Shown in pieces: positions 29,144 to 33,711 of a DNA stretch of 33,711 bases. Origin of the DNA: Opitutales bacterium (GTDB lineage Bacteria; Verrucomicrobiota; Verrucomicrobiia; Opitutales; JABSRG01); NCBI GenBank assembly GCA_049599475.1, contig JBMYOQ010000050.1, positions 1-33,711 on the forward strand. The letters are read 5' to 3'. The notes beneath the pieces were generated by a model. The model ran no database searches. It was not told the DNA's origin and saw only the letters and a list, made by a program, of their open reading frames with translations. The position numbers and the translations under genes are program-made. Numbering within the stretch: the first letter of the stretch is position 1; each line of letters starts with the position of its first letter.

Positions 29144-29590
29144 TTAAGCCTTCAGAGCTGCGAAGAGCTTATCCGACCAAGAGTCGAAATCGTCTTCGAA
29201 GTCTACGTCGCAATCTACGCGAGCTACGATCTGCTTGCCGCCATTGCGCTTGAGGGACTCATCGAGCTTGCGTCCACAGCCACAGAAATCGTCGTAGCCG
29301 GAATCTCCGAGTGAGAGAACCGCATATTCGAGATTTTCGAGACCAGTGATCTCGTCGTCGTTGATAGAGTCGCAGAAATCAGTCGCTTCGTCTGGTGGAT
29401 CACCTTCGCCCCAAGTAGAAATGATGATGATCGCCTTCGCGGTCTCCTTCAGTTTTTCAGGTGCAAAGTCGAAGACATTGCTGAGTGAAGCCTCGAAGCC
29501 CTCTTCCTGTGCGCGCTTGAATGTGCGCTCAGCGAGGTCTTCTGCGTTTCCTGTTTCAGTTCCGTAGAGAATAGTCAGAGGTGCTGCCAT
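29144..29590 (-). CDS. Stand-alone flavodoxin (CysJ/MioC-like FMN domain)
   Basis: ILYGTETGNAE, STWGEGDPP, LGDSGY..FC, D.D.D. Confidence 0.93.
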   Translation of the reverse strand: MAAPLTILYGTETGNAEDLAERTFKRAQEEGFEASLSNVFDFAPEKLKETAKAIIIISTWGEGDPPDEATDFCDSINDDEITGLENLEYAVLSLGDSGYDDFCGCGRKLDESLKRNGGKQIVARVDCDVDFEDDFDSWSDKLFAALKA

Positions 29591-29823
29591 TTCGTAAATT
29601 GCTAAGTGTTCTAAGTGTCAGAAGCGTGCGTGTTTATTTATAAGAATCAACAACGTAAGCTCAACTATAGCAAAATTTTAACACCCCTTAAGCTTAGCTA
29701 ATAGCATAACGGTTTTCGGAATGTGAATAAGTTGTGAGGAGCTTTTTTAGAAAGGCATTGCGCTGAGTTTCGGCATTTCACTTCATGGAGGATTCAACCT
29801 AAATCTGGCCCTCTCGCTCATCT

Positions 29824-32800
29824 ATGCATCTTAAGCAAGTCGTCATCAACGGATTCAAATCGTTCGCAGATCGTACCAAGCTCGATCTCGAGCCCGGCGT
29901 TATAGCGATCGTTGGACCCAATGGTTGTGGCAAAAGTAATACCGCGGATGCGATTCGTTGGGTCTTGGGCGAGCAGAGTGCCAAGGCGATGCGTGGCAGT
30001 AAAATGCAGGACGTCATCTTTGCCGGTTCAGAGAAGCGCAAGGCTCTCAACCTATGTGAAGTCTTTTTGACCTTCACGAATTGCGAGGAAAAGCTGGGCA
30101 CTGCGTTCAACGAAGTCGAAGTCGGGCGGAGAGTGTCGCGCGAGGGTTCGAGTGACTATTTCATCAACGGAAAAGTATGCCGCCTGAAAGACATCCAGCG
30201 TCTGTTTATGGATACAGGGGTAGGGCGCGTCTCTTACTCCTTCCTCCTGCAAGGACAGATTGACCAAATCCTCTCTTCGAATCCATCGGAGCGCCGGGTC
30301 ATTTTCGAAGAAGCGGCTGGGATCACCAAGTATAAGGCTCAACGTCGTGAGACGCTGAATAAGCTAAATCTGGTAGAAGCAAATTTGACGCGGGTGACGG
30401 ATGTTATCGAAGAAGTGGGGCGTCAGATCGGCTCGCTCAAGCGCCAAGCGAGTAAGGCCATACGATACAAGCGCATTAAGCACCGTGTGACTCACCTGGA
30501 TCTCGCACAGATGAGTAAACTCTGGTCTGGGCTCGATGCGGACCGGGCTGAACTCGAGAAAGCGGAAGCAAATTTTTCGGAGAGTTTAAATTCGGCGCGA
30601 TCGGCCTTGTCGTCGGAAGAGTCTGTTCTTGAAGAGATGCGCACTGAGCGCGCGGCGTTGTATGAGGGCGTTCAGGTGGCTCAGCAGAATGTATTTAATC
30701 TCCGCTCAGAGTTGGAATCCTCGCTGAGTAAGGCTGAGTTTGCACGTGTGCGCCAGAAGGATGTCACGGAGCGTCTCGACAAGATCGACGGCGAGATCCA
30801 GCGCTACGCTGAGCAGCTCAAAGAGCTGAATGAGCGCCTGCAAAATGAGAGCAACACGCGCCAGATGCAGCTCGATATTGTTGGGGACTCGGATACCCTT
30901 TTTCAGGATCGCAACCGCGATGTACTCATCGCTCAAGAGCAACTGACCAAGGCCGAGCGCGACCTACAGGAACGCCGCCAGCACCTCCTCGTCCTTGAGA
31001 GTAAGTTAACGCGTCTGCGGTCGAATGCGACCACGCTTGAGGTTGAACTCAAGACGTATGAAGTGCGCCACGCCGAGCTGTCCGAACAAGCTTTCACGCT
31101 TCGCGAAGAAACGGCGGGCATTGAAGCCAATTTGGAGGAAGTCGTGTCGACCCTGGAGACGCGACAAGAGCGTCGTGATGCGGAGCAAGCTGCACTCGAA
31201 AGCCTGACCAGTCAGCGCAAACAGACTATTCAAGAAGCGCGAGCGAAGCAGTCGGAAGCACAAGAGACCGACAAAACGATCGCACGCACCACCGCGCAGT
31301 TAAATGTATTGGAAAAGCTAAACAATGCATTCGAAGGCTTCGGTGCGGGAGCAAAAGCTATTCTTCAGGGGAAACTGAGCGATGTGGTCGATCCCGATTC
31401 GGTGGGACTCCTTGCGAAGAATCTCCAAGTCGCTGAGGAAAATCGAGTACCCTTTGAGGCCCTATTGGGAGCCAATTTGGACGCACTCGTTTTGGAGGAC
31501 AAACAGACTTTGGAAGATGTGATCGCTGCGCTATCCGAGAAAAAACTCGGACGCGCGACGATGCGTGCCGGAGGTGTGCGGTCTATCGCTTATAACACTC
31601 CGAGTGATTTACCAGATGGCGTTGTTTCGGCCCTCGAGATCGTTGACTCGGATATGAGCGAGCACGTGCGTGCTGTCTTGGGTGGTTGCTACGTAGCTCA
31701 AAACCTTGAGTCTTTCATTACATATTGGGAAGCGCATCCAGAGTTTCGTTTTTCGAAAGTAGCGACTCCCGAAGGCACTATTTTGGGAGCCGATGGCACA
31801 TACCAAGGGGGACGCGGAAAAGGCTCAGATGCCTCTATTCTTCAAAGACAAAATGAGATCCGCTCACTCAAAGAAACTCTAGAAGGCTTGCATCAAAAAG
31901 TTGCTGTTCAGCGCGACGAGGTGGAAGCTCTGCAGGACAAAGTCCAGGCCATCGAAAAAGAAATCGAGGAGAAGCGCGGGCTCATCTCAGAGATTATCCA
32001 AGAGGTCTCTACTTTGAAGGCTCAGCAACGTGCCGCTCAGCAGGAGCAGCAGAAAAACGCAATTGCTCGCGAAAAAGCGGAGGGCGAGTTAGCCGATTTT
32101 GAGGAACAGAATGCGCGCCAGCGTGAGAGCTTGGAAACCGCTCGCATCGAGTTGGGCAAGGGTGAAGAAGAGCTTAGAAATCATCGTGATTCCATAGAAG
32201 CAGGGGAAAAAGCTGTCGTGAGCTTCCGCGAGGAGCGAGACGCGCGTCGCGATAGTTTGGCGGACTTGCGTTTGCAGCTGGCAGAAAAGCGTCAACGACT
32301 GGAATCTCTGGACAAGGCGATGCAGCAGATTGGCCAGCAGCGTGATCTGACTGAGAGCACCTTGCGGAGACGCGAACAGGAGCGTGATACCCTTATCGAG
32401 CAAGGCCAGGAACTCCGCGACGAAGAAGGCAACATGGTTGCGCGTCACAAGCAAATTCAGGAGACATTGGAAGTCACCGCGGGCGAACTCGAAGTCCAGA
32501 GAGAGCGATTCCAAGGTCTGGAGTCGCGTGTCAAGCAGGCGGAGCAGGTTATCACCGAAAAGCGCCGGACTGAGCGCGATACCGAAAGCCAGTTTAACAA
32601 GATCGAAGTAAAGCTCGTGGAGTGTCGTTCTAAACTGGGAACTCTCTCAGAGCGTGCGCAGACCGAATATGAAGTCGACCTAGGACGTATTGACTGGAAA
32701 TGGCAATTGTGGAAGGCGGATGAAGAATTCGAAAAGCGGGTTGACCTCGACTCGATGGAAGATGGCGATCCCTTGGATGCACAGCCTAAGGAGGATCGAG

Positions 32801-33540
32801 GAGATCCGACACCGGAAGATCTGGAGGCGATGGACTCTACGGATTGGGCCGAAATCGACAGTGAAGTCAAAGCCCTGAAATCACGCATCTCATCGATGGG
32901 GCCAGTGAATTTGGTCGCGATCCAAGAATACGCAGATCTGTCCGAGCGCTATACTTTCCTCAAGGAGCAAAGCGACGATTTGTGGAATTCGAAAAACAGC
33001 TTGGTTCAAGCCATTGACGAGATTAACACGGTCTCGCAACAACTGTTTGAAGATACCTTCGAGCAAATCACTAAGAATTTCAAATACACCTACGATCGGC
33101 TCACTGGCGGCGGTTTCGCCGACCTCAAGCTCGTTGATGAGGGAGATGTATTGGATTCCGGAATTGAGATCACCGCGAAACCTCCAGGGACGCGCCTCAA
33201 GAGCCTAAGCTTACTCTCGGGTGGACAGAAAACGATGACAGCGGTGGCTCTGCTCTTTGCGATCTACATGGTAAAGCCGAGTCCCTTCTGTGTCTTGGAC
33301 GAACTGGATGCGCCGCTGGACGATGCCAACATTGGCCGATTCACCGAGATGCTCAAAAGCTTCACCAAGTATTCTCAGTTCGTGATCATCACGCACAATA
33401 AGCGCACGATCGCAGCCTCGAACGTTGTCTATGGTGTGACGATGCCTGAAAAGGGTGTCTCCAAGGTCATCTCCATGCGCTTCAATAAAGACGAAAACGC
33501 GAACGACCTCGAGCCAGCAAAAGCTATCGGGGAAGTTTAA
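29824..33540 (+). CDS. smc: Chromosome segregation protein SMC
   Basis: GFKSF, GPNGCGKSN, QGQI, EEAAG, coiled coils, hinge, GPVN..A, LSGGQ, LDELDAPLD, ITH. Confidence 0.97.
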   Translation: MHLKQVVINGFKSFADRTKLDLEPGVIAIVGPNGCGKSNTADAIRWVLGEQSAKAMRGSKMQDVIFAGSEKRKALNLCEVFLTFTNCEEKLGTAFNEVEVGRRVSREGSSDYFINGKVCRLKDIQRLFMDTGVGRVSYSFLLQGQIDQILSSNPSERRVIFEEAAGITKYKAQRRETLNKLNLVEANLTRVTDVIEEVGRQIGSLKRQASKAIRYKRIKHRVTHLDLAQMSKLWSGLDADRAELEKAEANFSESLNSARSALSSEESVLEEMRTERAALYEGVQVAQQNVFNLRSELESSLSKAEFARVRQKDVTERLDKIDGEIQRYAEQLKELNERLQNESNTRQMQLDIVGDSDTLFQDRNRDVLIAQEQLTKAERDLQERRQHLLVLESKLTRLRSNATTLEVELKTYEVRHAELSEQAFTLREETAGIEANLEEVVSTLETRQERRDAEQAALESLTSQRKQTIQEARAKQSEAQETDKTIARTTAQLNVLEKLNNAFEGFGAGAKAILQGKLSDVVDPDSVGLLAKNLQVAEENRVPFEALLGANLDALVLEDKQTLEDVIAALSEKKLGRATMRAGGVRSIAYNTPSDLPDGVVSALEIVDSDMSEHVRAVLGGCYVAQNLESFITYWEAHPEFRFSKVATPEGTILGADGTYQGGRGKGSDASILQRQNEIRSLKETLEGLHQKVAVQRDEVEALQDKVQAIEKEIEEKRGLISEIIQEVSTLKAQQRAAQQEQQKNAIAREKAEGELADFEEQNARQRESLETARIELGKGEEELRNHRDSIEAGEKAVVSFREERDARRDSLADLRLQLAEKRQRLESLDKAMQQIGQQRDLTESTLRRREQERDTLIEQGQELRDEEGNMVARHKQIQETLEVTAGELEVQRERFQGLESRVKQAEQVITEKRRTERDTESQFNKIEVKLVECRSKLGTLSERAQTEYEVDLGRIDWKWQLWKADEEFEKRVDLDSMEDGDPLDAQPKEDRGDPTPEDLEAMDSTDWAEIDSEVKALKSRISSMGPVNLVAIQEYADLSERYTFLKEQSDDLWNSKNSLVQAIDEINTVSQQLFEDTFEQITKNFKYTYDRLTGGGFADLKLVDEGDVLDSGIEITAKPPGTRLKSLSLLSGGQKTMTAVALLFAIYMVKPSPFCVLDELDAPLDDANIGRFTEMLKSFTKYSQFVIITHNKRTIAASNVVYGVTMPEKGVSKVISMRFNKDENANDLEPAKAIGEV

Positions 33541-33656
33541 AGGAACCAGGTATGGGGACGAATGGTGAAAGCGTAATTTCTGTGATCTAGATTCCGGAAA
33601 GTTGAGCCTCAAAATTCGAAAGCGGCTTGACGCATAAGCGTTTCAAAGAAAATCGG

Positions 33657-33711
33657 ATCCTTCATCCTTCATCCTTCATCCTTCATCCTTCATCCTTCAT
33701 CCTTCATCCTT
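33657..33711. repeat. Perfect heptamer tandem repeat (TTCATCC)n, truncated by window end
   Basis: 7 exact TTCATCC units 33661-33709 plus partial units on both sides. Confidence 0.97.

Overview
Chromosomal window with no phage, IS, integrase or CRISPR; gene content and repeat types suggest a Gram-negative PVC-group bacterium, probably Verrucomicrobiota/Opitutia (inference). Order: lexA(-) | yqgE/algH, AsmA-like protein, octaheme cytochrome c-HEAT/TPR lipoprotein, deoC (+) | REP-rich spacer | signalling cluster: PAS histidine kinase, Hpt, single-domain receiver, fused anti-sigma kinase-GAF-PP2C (-), divergent STAS anti-anti-sigma and SprA-related HExxH protein (+) | lolC/E, lolD, lpxB (+) | CheB-CheR-PAS-HK-REC hybrid (-) | tRNA-3'-end-like repeats and tRNA-Ser(GGA)(-) | tolQ/exbB, tolR/exbD, tonB/tolA-like, SRP RNA, dnaX (+) | NhaP-type antiporter(-) | ABC-F(+) | EF-hand protein(-), flavodoxin(-) | smc(+) | TTCATCC array running off the end. 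Most interesting: (i) a complete but rearranged phosphorelay/partner-switching module resembling Pseudomonas HptB-HsbR-HsbA, with sigma28-like promoter motifs; (ii) dnaX split at an A10 run, so the long form needs slippage, and lacking all four Zn-ligand cysteines; (iii) an apparent frameshifting microdeletion in the hybrid kinase receiver; (iv) structured repeats built on the tRNA 3' end, and GTAG REPs with compensatory stem changes. All calls come from motif recognition by eye; no database searches were run.
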